A DNA stretch of 64,000 bases from a virus (Duplodnaviria > Caudoviricetes), in IMG/VR virus record IMGVR_UViG_3300006145_000004, positions 1 through 64,000 of that record. One strand, written 5' to 3'. The notes under the pieces are model-generated. The model searched no databases, was not told where the DNA came from, and was given only the letters and a program-made list of their open reading frames with translations. The translations under genes were made by a program, and so were the position numbers. Shown here in pieces: positions 50,253-61,640 of this stretch (position 1 is its first letter; each line of letters starts with the position of its first letter).

Positions 50253-52469
50253 TTGAAAGTACAAAAAAGAGATGGAAGAGAAGTTAAATTTGATAAAAGT
50301 AAAATTAAAATAGCAGTTTTAAAAGCATTTATTGATACAGATGATGGAATGACTCCATATGCAAAAGAAAAAGCAAGTGATATTGCAAATTATATAGAAT
50401 CTCTGAATAAAAATATGACAGTAGAAGAAATCCAGGATCTTGTAGAAGAAAAGTTAATGGTAAGTAATCGAAAAGATGTAGCAAGAAAATATATTATATA
50501 TAGAAATGATAGAAATAGAATTAGAGAAAAAAATAGTAGGGTTATCCAAAAAGTTATGGAAAGAGTAAATGCTTCTAATGTAGAAAACGCTAACGCTAAT
50601 ATAGATGAGCGCTCATTTTCTGGAAGGGAAAAGGAAGCATCTGCTGATATTGGAAAGAGTATTGCATTAGAATATGGAGGACTTAGTGAGGAAGTTGCTA
50701 ATGCCCATAAAGAAATGCTGGTATATCAACATGACTTAGAAAAAGCAATTTATGGTGTGCATAATTGTCTAAATCTTGATTTTGGAGAGATTTTCACATA
50801 TGGATTTAAAACAAGAAATGGTGATGTAAGACCACCAGCCTCATTTAGTACTGCCTGCCAATTAGTAGCAGTTGCATTTCAGTGCCAAAGTCAAGTTCAA
50901 TTTGGCGGTGTTGGTTCAATCCATTTAGATTATGATTTAGCCCCATTTGTAAAAATGAGTTTTGCTAAACACTTTAAAAATGGATTAAAATGGCTTTCTA
51001 ATGAGTCAGAAGAATATATTAATTCAATTTCTAAAAAATTAGATATTGATAATAAAGAAGCACAGAAGCATCATAAAGCATACCAATATGCTATAGAAAT
51101 GCTTGAATCTGAAGGAAAACAAGCAGCACAAGGACTTTACCATAATTTGAATACTCTTGAAAGTAGACAAGGTTCACAGGTTCCATTTACTTCAATCAAT
51201 TTAGGGAGAGACATATCTACGGAGGGAAGACTTGTTACAAAATGGATTATGGAAGCAAGTATTGATGGTATTGGAGAACACCATTTAACAAGTATTTTCC
51301 CAATTAGTATTTTTCAGTATAAAAGTGGTATAAATGCAAAGCCCACAGATCCTAACTATGATTTAAAACAATTAGCATTAAAGTCAATGTCTAAAAGAAT
51401 TTATCCGAATTGGGTTAATGGTAATTGGTCACAAGCACATGAAACAGATGGAGAGCCTGATACATATTTAAGTACGATGGGATGTCGCACGTTGATAGGA
51501 TATGATCGTCATGGTTTAGGTTATATTAGGCAAGGAAGAGGAAACAATGTACCAAATACAATTATCCTTCCTAAGCTTGGAATTGAATATGGAATTTGTT
51601 TGAAAAAGAGAAATAAAGCAGATTTGAAAGGATTTTGGTATGGATTAGATAATGCTCTTAGTATTTGCGAAAAAGGGTTATTAGAAAGATATGAAATTAT
51701 CAAGTCACAATCACCAAAATCTGCGCCATTTATGTATCAAAATAATACAATTAAGGATGCACGAAAATGTAATGAAAGTGTAGAAAATGCTGTAAAACAT
51801 GGAACTTTAGGATTTGGTCTTATTGGTATGGCAGAAATGTGTGTTGCTTTATTTGGTAAAAATCATGCAGAAGATGAAAAAGTTCATAAATTTGCATTAT
51901 CTGTTGTAAAGCATATTTACAATTATGCAAAAAAAGCAAGTGAAAGAAATGATTTGAATTTTGGAACATATTTTACTCCAGCAGAAGGACTTTGTAGAAC
52001 TGCTTTAAAAGTATTGCGCAACCAGTATGGAATCATTGATAATGTAACCAGCCATGAATTTTTAACTAATAGTATTCATGTTCCTGTTTGGCAAAAAATT
52101 TCTATTTACGATAAACTACGAATAGAAGCCCCATTTACAAAATATGCTACATCAGGCTGTATAACATACATTGAACTTGAATCAACTTTTGTAAAGAATA
52201 CAAAAGCAGTAGAGGATATTATCGATTATGCTTTTAATGAATTAGATATTCCATATCTTGCTTTCAATTTTCCTATTGATAGTTGTCTTGATTGTGGCTA
52301 TCAAGGAGAATTTAATGATAGTTGCCCAGAATGTGGCAGTAAAAATATTCAACAATTAAGGCGTGTAACTGGATATCTTACTACAGACTATAGAAATTTT
52401 AATGATGGTAAGCAAGCAGAAGTTCAAGAACGTGTAAAACATAGTGCTTATACTGATTTTGGAGCATAA
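50253..52469 (+). CDS. nrdD: Anaerobic ribonucleoside-triphosphate reductase
   Basis: ATP cone VQKRDG, TMGCR, TPAEG, CLDCG..CPECG, RRVTGYL. Confidence 0.95.
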   Translation: MKVQKRDGREVKFDKSKIKIAVLKAFIDTDDGMTPYAKEKASDIANYIESLNKNMTVEEIQDLVEEKLMVSNRKDVARKYIIYRNDRNRIREKNSRVIQKVMERVNASNVENANANIDERSFSGREKEASADIGKSIALEYGGLSEEVANAHKEMLVYQHDLEKAIYGVHNCLNLDFGEIFTYGFKTRNGDVRPPASFSTACQLVAVAFQCQSQVQFGGVGSIHLDYDLAPFVKMSFAKHFKNGLKWLSNESEEYINSISKKLDIDNKEAQKHHKAYQYAIEMLESEGKQAAQGLYHNLNTLESRQGSQVPFTSINLGRDISTEGRLVTKWIMEASIDGIGEHHLTSIFPISIFQYKSGINAKPTDPNYDLKQLALKSMSKRIYPNWVNGNWSQAHETDGEPDTYLSTMGCRTLIGYDRHGLGYIRQGRGNNVPNTIILPKLGIEYGICLKKRNKADLKGFWYGLDNALSICEKGLLERYEIIKSQSPKSAPFMYQNNTIKDARKCNESVENAVKHGTLGFGLIGMAEMCVALFGKNHAEDEKVHKFALSVVKHIYNYAKKASERNDLNFGTYFTPAEGLCRTALKVLRNQYGIIDNVTSHEFLTNSIHVPVWQKISIYDKLRIEAPFTKYATSGCITYIELESTFVKNTKAVEDIIDYAFNELDIPYLAFNFPIDSCLDCGYQGEFNDSCPECGSKNIQQLRRVTGYLTTDYRNFNDGKQAEVQERVKHSAYTDFGA

Positions 52470-52472
52470 TGA

Positions 52473-52949
52473 ATGTTACATATAGCAGGTATCAATTATG
52501 AATCTACGGCTGACGCTGAAGGAGTGGCTTGCACCATTTTCTTCAGTGGATGTAAACATTTTTGTAATGGATGTTACTCTAGGGATACATGGGATTTTAA
52601 TTATGGAAAAGAAATATCTAATGCACTAATTGACATTATTAACTCAGAGATTGATAAAAGGCCCTTTTTATCAGCTTTGGTACTTAGTGGTGGTGATCCA
52701 ATGTATTCAGCAGCAGAAGTTAATCGTTTTATATCAAAACTTCACATTCCTAATAATAATATTTGGTGTTATTCAGGATTTTTAATGGAACAAATAATAA
52801 AAAATTATCAAATGAAAAAATTGCTAGATTTATGTAATGTTTTGATAGACGGAAAATTTGAAATAGAAAAAAGAGATATAACATTATCATTTCGTGGAAG
52901 TAGTAATCAAAGAATTTGGAGAAAACAAAATGGAAAGTGGCATTTATAA
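52473..52949 (+). CDS. nrdG: NrdD activase
   Basis: SGCKHFCNGC, LSGGDP, FRGSSNQR. Confidence 0.93.
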   Translation: MLHIAGINYESTADAEGVACTIFFSGCKHFCNGCYSRDTWDFNYGKEISNALIDIINSEIDKRPFLSALVLSGGDPMYSAAEVNRFISKLHIPNNNIWCYSGFLMEQIIKNYQMKKLLDLCNVLIDGKFEIEKRDITLSFRGSSNQRIWRKQNGKWHL

Positions 52950-53268
52950 GAGACAGTCTACTAAATAAATATATTCGTATTAAGAGGAAAGAATAAATAT
53001 ATTAAAAGGATACTTCAACTAAACATATAGAATAGATATATTTAAGTATTTATTACATGTAAACATAGTATAATAAGGAGAATTAATTTTATGGATAACA
53101 TGATAATTGTTGGAAAAGATTGCAAATCATGTATTCATTGCTCTATAAATGAAGCAATTAAATCAAAAATAATTGTAAAATGTTCTGTTCGTGATAAAAC
53201 ATATATATGGGGACAGTGTATACCATGTGAAGATAGAAAAATAAAATAGAAAGATTAAGGGATAAAAA

Positions 53269-53619
53269 ATGATTTGTAAGCTTGAATTACAAAAAAATAT
53301 ATCTAAACAAAAACTTTTAAAAGCAGGGTTTAAAAAATATACAAATGATAGATATGTGATTAATAAAGTACTCTATAATTCATTGATATATTTAAGGATA
53401 GAAATTGACATAGAAAATGAAGAGATTGTATGGGATGTTATTGACAAAAACACTCAATCAACATATTGTCCCTTTTGGAATAATATTAATGGAGAAAACG
53501 ATTTAGTTGCAACTGAAGTAATTGAAAATTTTGAGAACTATATAAAAGAATTACAAAATACAGGAATTTTAAGGAGACATATAAAACATGGGAAAAGGAA
53601 GAAAAGATATAAGAATTAG
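53269..53619 (+). CDS. Hypothetical protein
   Basis: 116 aa ORF in operon. Confidence 0.55.
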   Translation: MICKLELQKNISKQKLLKAGFKKYTNDRYVINKVLYNSLIYLRIEIDIENEEIVWDVIDKNTQSTYCPFWNNINGENDLVATEVIENFENYIKELQNTGILRRHIKHGKRKKRYKN

Positions 53620-54031
53620 ATATTTTAATCAAGATTTAGAACGGGTTAGAATTAATACAATCGGAGACTGGATTGATTTAAGAGCATCGAAAAATATACA
53701 TATAAAAGCTAATGAATTCCATTTAATTCCTCTTGGTATAGCAATGGAATTACCTGATGGATATGAAGCTCTTATAGCACCAAGAAGTTCTACATTTAAA
53801 AATTTTGGAATTATTCAAACAAATCATATTGGTGTAATTGATGAAACCTATTGCGGTGATGACGATCAATGGTATTTTCCAGCGTATGCATTAAGAGATA
53901 CTGAAATTAAATTGAATGATCGAATCTGTCAATTTCGCATTATAAAACATCAACCAGATATTAATTTTATTGAAGTATCATCTTTAAAAAACAGTAATAG
54001 AGGAGGATTTGGAAGTACAGGAGTAAACTAA
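53588..54031 (+). CDS. dut: dUTPase (trimeric)
   Basis: [31 protein letters not shown]. Confidence 0.93.
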   Translation: MGKGRKDIRIRYFNQDLERVRINTIGDWIDLRASKNIHIKANEFHLIPLGIAMELPDGYEALIAPRSSTFKNFGIIQTNHIGVIDETYCGDDDQWYFPAYALRDTEIKLNDRICQFRIIKHQPDINFIEVSSLKNSNRGGFGSTGVN

Positions 54032-54139
54032 ATAAAAATAATAAAATAATCTTTTATGGTTGCAAACATAAAAGTTAAGATAAAGTTATAAATTGGATAC
54101 CGGTATCCTTCTGAAATAAAAAATCAGAAGGAGTATTTT

Positions 54140-54823
54140 ATGAATAAATTTTTAGCTATTCTGATTGGAACAGTCATTAATACCAGTTTTACTTATCCTG
54201 TCTTTGGACAGGATATCATTATAAAAACCATTGAAAATGATATAAGTTATAACACAAGGGAATTTGATTTTTATAATGAATCACGAATATTTTATTCGAT
54301 TACTAATAATGTAAATATTAGAAGGTTTCCAAATACCGATAGTGAGATTCTTGGATTCCTTTTATGTAATGAAAAGGTAGAGGTGTTTGCGCAATATGAG
54401 GAATGGTATTGTATAAAAATTAATGAAAATATTGCGTTTGTATATACAGATTATTTAAGCGATTCTGAAATCCCTAAAATGATGTATACACAGGAAGAAT
54501 TATATATCTTAGCTCATATATTAGCAGGGGAGTGTCAAGCTCTTTCAGATATGGAACAATTAAGAGTCGGGTCAGTTGTATTGAATAGAATAAAAGATAG
54601 TAGATATCCCAATACAATGCAAGAGGTTGTGTTTCAGAAAAATCAGTATGCATGTGTAAAAGATGGTAATTATTATCGAGAACCTACTGAAAGAAATTGG
54701 GAAAATGCTAAATGGTTACTTGAATATGGAAGCGTGTTGCCAGAGTATGTAATATATCAATCAAAAACAAAACAGGGAAGTAATGTTTATTTGAAAACGA
54801 AATATCATTATTATTGCTATTAA
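54140..54823 (+). CDS. SH3b + Hydrolase_2 (SleB-like) cell wall hydrolase
   Basis: signal peptide, VNIRRFPNTDS, LAGEC, VGSVVLNR...YPNTMQEVVFQKNQY. Confidence 0.85.
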   Translation: MNKFLAILIGTVINTSFTYPVFGQDIIIKTIENDISYNTREFDFYNESRIFYSITNNVNIRRFPNTDSEILGFLLCNEKVEVFAQYEEWYCIKINENIAFVYTDYLSDSEIPKMMYTQEELYILAHILAGECQALSDMEQLRVGSVVLNRIKDSRYPNTMQEVVFQKNQYACVKDGNYYREPTERNWENAKWLLEYGSVLPEYVIYQSKTKQGSNVYLKTKYHYYCY

Positions 54824-54938
54824 AATTGAAACAGCGATTACTAAAATGTTTAAATATTGTATAGTTTTCTATAGATTTTTAAACATTTTAGTATAATGGA
54901 AAGGGGATTTAATTATAAAAGAAAATCCAAAAGAAATA

Positions 54939-56165
54939 TTGTTGCAATATGCGATAGATGAGGGTATAATTGATATTACATATGTGCAAGAAAAAATAGA
55001 AATGAGTAGAAAAACAGCATTATTAATGAAACATCCATATAAAATATGGAAAGGAAAAGATGAAAAATGGTATACTTATATACCTGATATTGAAAAAGGA
55101 AGAATATTAAAAAAACGTAATAGCAGAGAAGCAATTGAGGAATTAATAATAAAAACCTATGATACCGAATCTAAGAAACAAGAGATAAACAAAAATAAGT
55201 TTAATGTAATTTTTAAAAATTGGAGGCGAAAACAGGAATTATATGGTGTATCCTCTAATACTCTAGCAAAGTATGACTCGGATTACAATAGATTCTTTTT
55301 AGGTACTGATTTTGAAAAAATGGATATTAGAAAAATAACAGAAGAAGATATAACTATATTCATTGTTTCAAGAATTAATGAATTGAATCTAAAAGAAAAG
55401 GCAGGAAAGGCACTATGGGGATATATCTCAGGGGTATTTCGTAGTGCAAGGATTAATAAAATAATTAGTGATGATCCATGTCAATATGTAGATACAAAAT
55501 CTTTTTTTAAGTTTTATAATAGATCTACAAAGGCAAAAGAAAGCAGGGTTATAAATGATAAAGAATTAAAATTGCTTTTAAATCAATTACAATCTGATCA
55601 TCAAGAAAAACCTAATTATATGCCTTCATATGCCATTGAATTTTCAATTTATACAGGAATGAGAGCTGGAGAATTAGCAGGATTAAAGTGGGAAGATATT
55701 TTATTAGATAAGAAGGTTATAATAATATCAAGATCTGAAAAATATGATAGAATTAATAAAGAATATTTTATATCATCTACAAAGACATATAAAACCAGAA
55801 CATTTCCAATTTCAGATAACATATTGCTATTTCTTGAAGGAATCCGTTCTTTGCAAAGCCAATATGGTTGTTATAATGGATTTATATTTTCGACTGCTTC
55901 TGGAAAAGCTCATGTAAAAACTATTTCTGAATGTATGAGAAATAAATGTATACAGATAGGTATTGAAGTGAGAGGGGTTCATTCTATTCGCCGGACATTT
56001 AATTCTAAATTACGGTGTGAAGGAATATCATCTACTGTAGCTGCTGCTCTATTAGGACACACAGAAGAAGTTAATGAATTAAACTATACGTATGATATTA
56101 CAAACATGGGATATAAAAGACAAATTGTTGAAAAAATCAATAAGGAAATGGTAGAAATATTTTGA
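54939..56165 (+). CDS. int: Phage tyrosine integrase
   Basis: TGMRAGELAGLKW, HSIRRT, LLGHT...NYTY. Confidence 0.92.
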   Translation: MLQYAIDEGIIDITYVQEKIEMSRKTALLMKHPYKIWKGKDEKWYTYIPDIEKGRILKKRNSREAIEELIIKTYDTESKKQEINKNKFNVIFKNWRRKQELYGVSSNTLAKYDSDYNRFFLGTDFEKMDIRKITEEDITIFIVSRINELNLKEKAGKALWGYISGVFRSARINKIISDDPCQYVDTKSFFKFYNRSTKAKESRVINDKELKLLLNQLQSDHQEKPNYMPSYAIEFSIYTGMRAGELAGLKWEDILLDKKVIIISRSEKYDRINKEYFISSTKTYKTRTFPISDNILLFLEGIRSLQSQYGCYNGFIFSTASGKAHVKTISECMRNKCIQIGIEVRGVHSIRRTFNSKLRCEGISSTVAAALLGHTEEVNELNYTYDITNMGYKRQIVEKINKEMVEIF

Positions 56166-56345
56166 TTACCTATTTGATTACCTTTTGATTTAGAGTCTTA
56201 AAAAGTGTTGATTTTACAGTGATTTTTTAGCGAACAAGTGGGTTCAAGTCCCGCGGCCGGCACTCCTTGGCAGGGGCGAAATCGCTGAAAATTCCGTGTT
56301 TTTCGGGTATCAGCGGTTTTTTTCTTTTGATTACCTTTGATTACC
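56161..56345 (+). other. attP-like site: tRNA 3' fragment flanked by arm-type repeats
   Basis: core GTGGGTTCAAGTCCCGCGGCCGGCA from 56238; TTTGATTACC at 56161, 56173, 56326, 56336. Confidence 0.8.
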
Positions 56346-57009
56346 TCATTAAAAACAATGCAGGAAAGGAGTTTCTTGCACATATGTACAAGCTAATATA
56401 CTGGTAAATAATTGCTATTATAGTGAATATAATGCTTATTATCAAAATGATGTCCAATATTGGATATATTTTTGCCTTCTTTAAATACTGAAGTTAAAAT
56501 ATATGAACCGAAATATAGAGTTGAATTAAGTTTGTGTTTGTATTATAATTAAAGGTATACTAAATATTTCTAATATAGAGATGTTATATCTAATCAATGA
56601 AAGGGGACAGAATGATGATACCAGGTAGTGATGTGACTTATCAATCAAGAGAAGCAATGATGCTTATGGGAGAAACATATAAATGCCCAGCAGTAAAGAT
56701 TCCACCAAATGTACATTACATATCAAACAAAGAAGCAAAAATGCATTATGAAATTATTAAAATGTATATGGCAGTTTTTTATGAAAATCCCAATGTTGAA
56801 ATAGCACTAGACATTATGCAATAAGGTAATTATCCATTATTATTTAAACAGAATTTATCTTATAATATCTTAAATCTAATTTTCAACAAATCTAATTTCA
56901 AAAATAATTTTCCTTTGACTTTTAGTATCCAAAACTGTTAATTATAAAAATAGTTCATAAAATTTCATAATACAATAAAAGATTATAGTACAAATAATTT
57001 TATTTATAA

Positions 57010-57062
57010 ATATAACCGTCTTGGTATACATCTATAATACTGTATTTTCAAGACGGTTATAT
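57010..57062. terminator. 14-bp inverted repeat between convergent genes
   Basis: ATATAACCGTCTTG...CAAGACGGTTATAT. Confidence 0.55.
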
Positions 57063-57076
57063 TATTAAACTTTTAA

Positions 57077-57367
57077 TTATTGCCCAGTAAGCATTTGTAG
57101 AATTTCTTCTGCGCTTTTTCCAGATTCTTCAATCGCTTTAAGTAATTTCGCCTTATTTTCTTTCATGGCACGCTTAGCAGCAGCAGCAGATTCCCTTTTT
57201 TCTTTTGCAAGAGCAGCCTTTTCAGCCTTTAATTGTGCTTTATAAGCAATTTTTAACTCTTCTTTTGCTGCTTTTAAATCTGCCTCTAATTTTTGAATCC
57301 GGTCATTTAATTTTGCAGCCTTACCAGTGTAAGTAATGTCCTTTTTTACTCCTCTTGGCACAATCAC
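57077..57367 (-). CDS. Lys/Ala-rich coiled-coil protein
   Basis: AAGGAGG RBS; MPRGVKK-like start. Confidence 0.6.
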   Translation of the reverse strand: MIVPRGVKKDITYTGKAAKLNDRIQKLEADLKAAKEELKIAYKAQLKAEKAALAKEKRESAAAAKRAMKENKAKLLKAIEESGKSAEEILQMLTGQ

Positions 57368-57711
57368 GCCCTCCTTATCAAAGTTTGAAATACTTTAGAG
57401 TTTTAATGGTTTTATTGAATACTTTCAGACTTATAATACACAAAACAGTTATATTTGTAAATAGAAAACTCCCTAAATAATGAAAATATAATTGATTTAA
57501 ACCTTTAAATAATAAAAATATAATCATTTTTCATAAAAATAGCTTGATTAAAATGTAATTTTGAAATAGGATAGAGATAAACAATAACTACTAAATATAA
57601 AAAATAGATATCATATATCTTTAAATTGATAATTTATATATTTTCATAGGAATAAATATATCGTTTTGTTTAAAATATTATTGACCATAAATGAATCCTT
57701 TAAACAGCTAA

Positions 57712-58408
57712 ATAAAAAATTATGATGAATTAGTAGATCATTTCCGAAAGGAACTTAATATTTTCAATAGGCAAGTTTTTAAAGATAAAGATGTGTCAGA
57801 TACAGAATTTCATCGTATTATGATTCAATTAACAGGTAAGACAGTTTATCAGTGTGCCAAGCAACTTAGAGATAAAATGATTTTGGATCGAGATGATGGA
57901 AGTCAAATTTTTATTGAATTTATGAGTAAATTTCCAGAAAATAACCATTATCAAGTTACAAATCAAGTAACTATTATTGGTAAGTATAAAAATAGATACG
58001 ATATTACAATTCTTTGTAATGGTTTACCAATCAAGAAAATCAACAGCAGGTCTATATGGTCCGTTTAATTGTTATAAAATAGAAAATGAAGGTATTGTAT
58101 CCCCGTTGTATAGTTATTTAAAGCCGAAATATCCAGAATATATAGATTTTCTTTTATGGTACTTTCAGTCATCACAATGGTATCCATATATTTATAAAAA
58201 TGGAGCACAAGGAGGAGCAAGACATGATAGAGTTGGAATGATCAATAAATTAATGGAAGGTATTCCAATTGGATTACCATGCGTTGAAGAACAACAAAAA
58301 ATAGCAAATTGTCTGACAGTATACGATGAAGTTATTCAGATTAAGAAAGAAAAATTGGAACTTTGGAAGAACATTAAAAAGGGATTATTACAGCAGATGT
58401 TTGTATAA
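57712..58408 (+). pseudogene. Type I RM remnant: hsdR N-terminal fragment joined to hsdS C-terminal fragment
   Basis: YQVTNQV...NRYDITILCNGLP; LPCVEEQQKIANCL...KKGLLQQMFV. Confidence 0.8.
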
Positions 58409-58608
58409 AAATAATTTAAAAATTGAGTTCCAAAATGCTATAAAGTCAGGTAATAGATAGAAGAGAATATTATTTCATGCAATTTCAAAAATTTTTTTAA
58501 AATACAAGTAAGTATATAAAAATAGTAAAAACTATATTTTTATTAATATTCAGAAAAATAAAAAACTGTAAAGTTAAAAATAAATCTTAACGGAGGAAGA
58601 AAATACTT

Positions 58609-59409
58609 ATGGAAACATCAACAAAAAATGCTCTTATAACTGGTGCATTTTCAATAATTACTGCTCTTATTGGAACGATAAGTTTTTCTTTTGGAAAGGA
58701 AGTTCAAAATAATAGAGTTGAAAAGATTATTAACCAAAGAGGTATAATTACAGTTAATGAGAATGAGGAGACAGCAGATAGTTTAAATCGTTTATTAGAT
58801 GAATATATTGCTTTAAAAAATGATTTTAATATTGTTTCTAATGAATATAATGATTTATTAGAGAAAGTGAACAATTTTGAAGGTGAAAAATCTATAGTTT
58901 TAAATGATAATACAACAACCGATAATTTAAACAAAATAAATAATAGTTCCATTTATTTGAACGAATTACCTATATTTAATTGTCAATACTATTACGATGG
59001 CACTTGGAGGCCAGAAGAATTGTATGAGTGGACAATTACAGATAAGGCTGCTGATGGAAATACATATAAAAATGCAACATGGATGTCAATCGGAGGACAT
59101 GCAGGATTTGCACAAACATTTATAGTAGATTACTTATTGAATTATAAATATAAAGTGTTTAATGGAAATTTTATGTTAGATGAAATAAGTAAATCAACTA
59201 CAACAATTGCTACCTTAAATATTTATGGAGACGAAAATTTACTATATACATTTGATAATATAACAGGAGGTATTATTCCACAAAACACTGGCGATATTTC
59301 GATACAAAATGTAAATAAATTACGATTTGAATTTATCAGCAAACAAGGAGAACTAGGAAATTGGAATGAGCACTTTGGGATAGTTTTTTATGATTCAATT
59401 CTTCGCTGA
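58609..59409 (+). CDS. Secreted/membrane protein with NPCBM/NEW2-like domain
   Basis: N-terminal TM, coiled coil, YLLNYKYKVFNG...IYGDENLLY...NVNKLRF. Confidence 0.65.
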   Translation: METSTKNALITGAFSIITALIGTISFSFGKEVQNNRVEKIINQRGIITVNENEETADSLNRLLDEYIALKNDFNIVSNEYNDLLEKVNNFEGEKSIVLNDNTTTDNLNKINNSSIYLNELPIFNCQYYYDGTWRPEELYEWTITDKAADGNTYKNATWMSIGGHAGFAQTFIVDYLLNYKYKVFNGNFMLDEISKSTTTIATLNIYGDENLLYTFDNITGGIIPQNTGDISIQNVNKLRFEFISKQGELGNWNEHFGIVFYDSILR

Positions 59410-59541
59410 ATTAGATTTTATATTCTCTGATATAACTATAATAATTATTTTGTGTAAAATACTAAGATATATCTATGAAATTGGCCATTTATGCGTCTAT
59501 CCTGGCTGAGCAATAGAAAAAATATTAAAGAGGTGGAGATT

Positions 59542-59712
59542 ATGGCTGTTAAATTTGCAAACGATATTGTAAAAGAAATTCGAGAAAGAGGAAATATCGA
59601 AGTACCTGAAGGATATGTTACTGGAGAAGCGTTTGAAGAATGGTTGCATAAAGAAAAGATTTTCACCAAGATGCTGGCCAGCACAGACATAAGCAAAGAA
59701 GAGACAATATAA
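59542..59712 (+). CDS. Small hypothetical protein
   Basis: GAGGTGGAG RBS before MAVKF. Confidence 0.45.
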   Translation: MAVKFANDIVKEIRERGNIEVPEGYVTGEAFEEWLHKEKIFTKMLASTDISKEETI

Positions 59713-59961
59713 GGTAACAAGGAGGTTAGAGGTGAACAAAGATAGAAGTTTAAAGTTTTTAAAGAGTTGCATTTTGACAATTTAGACAATTACGAGATTG
59801 AAAAATTAAAATATATTTACAAGGGAAAAATGAAAAAAAGCTCTGAGAAAACAAATTTTGAACTGTTATTACCAGATAACTCTTAATACTTATGTTTGGA
59901 AAGATGTTTCTCTGCTTATACTCTCATTGAAAAGAATGAATGTAATTATAAAGTAGATTAA

Positions 59962-60891
59962 TTTGTTTCACTAAATGGCAGAATACAAACAGGAAATAAT
60001 GTTCAAGTATGGGCAAATGATAATCAGGATTCAACCTATCTACAACTTTTGAAAAGAAATGACAGTACAGTACAAACTGCATTGCATTTATCTCACGTCA
60101 AATCAGATAATTCATATCGAATAAATAATATTACTAATGGAAAATGGGATAACGAACGTCTAATTATTACTGACAGAGAAATGCAAGTAAATTTAAACAT
60201 ACCAGACGGAGCTGATATGAACGATTTCAATAAATTTGGATTTTTTTCTGGTGAGAATTTAAAAAACGCTCCTGCAACAGGTTGGTTTCAATTTATAGTA
60301 TTTCCATTGAATAATAATGCTAATTATGCGATTCAATTTGGATTTACATTAGCAACAGGAGGTCATTATTATATGCGGTCAAAATATGATGAATCCTGGG
60401 CAGGTGTTTCCTGGAAAGAGTTTAATATCTCGTTCAAGGAATAATTAGTAAATCTAATCTTCAGGCGCATATACTTCAACAGCTTTCGTTTCTTTATTGA
60501 CAACTAATTGAACACCTATTTTATCGGAATCCATAAATAGGAAACCATATTTTTTGTCACTCCACTTTTGTACTTGAAGTTGAGACATATTATAAAATTG
60601 AACATTGTCACTATTAAGTAATTTCTTCCATTTAGCCCAAGTAGCATCAACTTTTTGGCGAACAAATAATGTATCAATCGCTTGGGCTGCACAAACTTGT
60701 ATACCATATCTACTATTAGCATACGATATTACAATTCCGTCACCAGAAACAGTTATACCATCTGTTTTAGGAGTATTAAGGGTATCCATGTTATATTTCA
60801 TAACCTGCACAATACTATTAGATGCAACATTTAGGTCATCAGAAATACCTGTGTATTTAATATCACCGATTCTGCCATTTAGTGAAACAAA
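59962..60891. mobile_element. Invertible segment with two convergent tail-fibre-like C-terminal cassettes
   Basis: perfect 23-bp IR TTTGTTTCACTAAATGGCAGAAT, in frame (FVSLNGRI) with ORFs ending 60444 (+) and 60454 (-). Confidence 0.75.
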
Positions 60892-61085
60892 GTTTTTTAA
60901 AATTATTAAAATTTATACTTAATTTTTTTCTTATTGAGTCGATAAACAAGTTACAAAATGAAATTATCAAACATTAAGGAGATAATCTTAGATGAATTAA
61001 TATTTTTATAATATATTTTACCATTTAGTGTACTCTCAAATAAAAGCCTGTTTTGTTAGATATTATTTGATAGCTATATTTAAAT

Positions 61086-61640
61086 TTGCTCTTTTATATT
61101 GAAGAATTTTACTTAATAGGAAAAAATGGAGGATTTATGAAGTTCGACTTGAATGATAAGAAAAATATTGAAACCCCTGTTCTGAGAGTTAATGGTAATT
61201 ATTTAGAATTACCAAATATAATAATTCAATTAAGTAATATTTCAGTGCTTAGTACAACAAATATTACCCCCGAGAAATTTCCCATTTTTAGTATTTTTCT
61301 AATTATAATTGGACTTACTTTTATGGAAAGTTTTACAGCGTTTAGTTTTATTGCACTACTAAGTGGTATATTATGGATTTTTTACTGGTATATATCTGTA
61401 GAAAAGGTAAAAGATTTAAAACGCTTAACGATTATTACTAATTCAGGAAATATATTCCCTATTGTATTTAATGATGAAGAATTTTTGAACAAAGTTGTGG
61501 TTGTCATAACACATATTATTTCTCATCCTCCTAATGTAAAAATCCAGGATATAATAATTAATACTAAAAAATGTACTTTTTCCGTTAAAGAATGTACTTT
61601 TTCAGATGAATCTTCTGTCATAAAAAATATGTATGAATAA
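61086..61640 (+). CDS. Membrane protein, DUF6232-like
   Basis: IIQLSNIS, two TM helices, LTIITNSG. Confidence 0.55.
   Translation: MLFYIEEFYLIGKNGGFMKFDLNDKKNIETPVLRVNGNYLELPNIIIQLSNISVLSTTNITPEKFPIFSIFLIIIGLTFMESFTAFSFIALLSGILWIFYWYISVEKVKDLKRLTIITNSGNIFPIVFNDEEFLNKVVVVITHIISHPPNVKIQDIIINTKKCTFSVKECTFSDESSVIKNMYE

Noticed and set aside
9437-60922. Numerous short antisense or overlapping ORFs in the track (e.g. 9437-9763, 17858-18202, 21771-22040, 60605-60922)
   Set aside because: Shadow ORFs of well-supported genes, without RBS or motifs.
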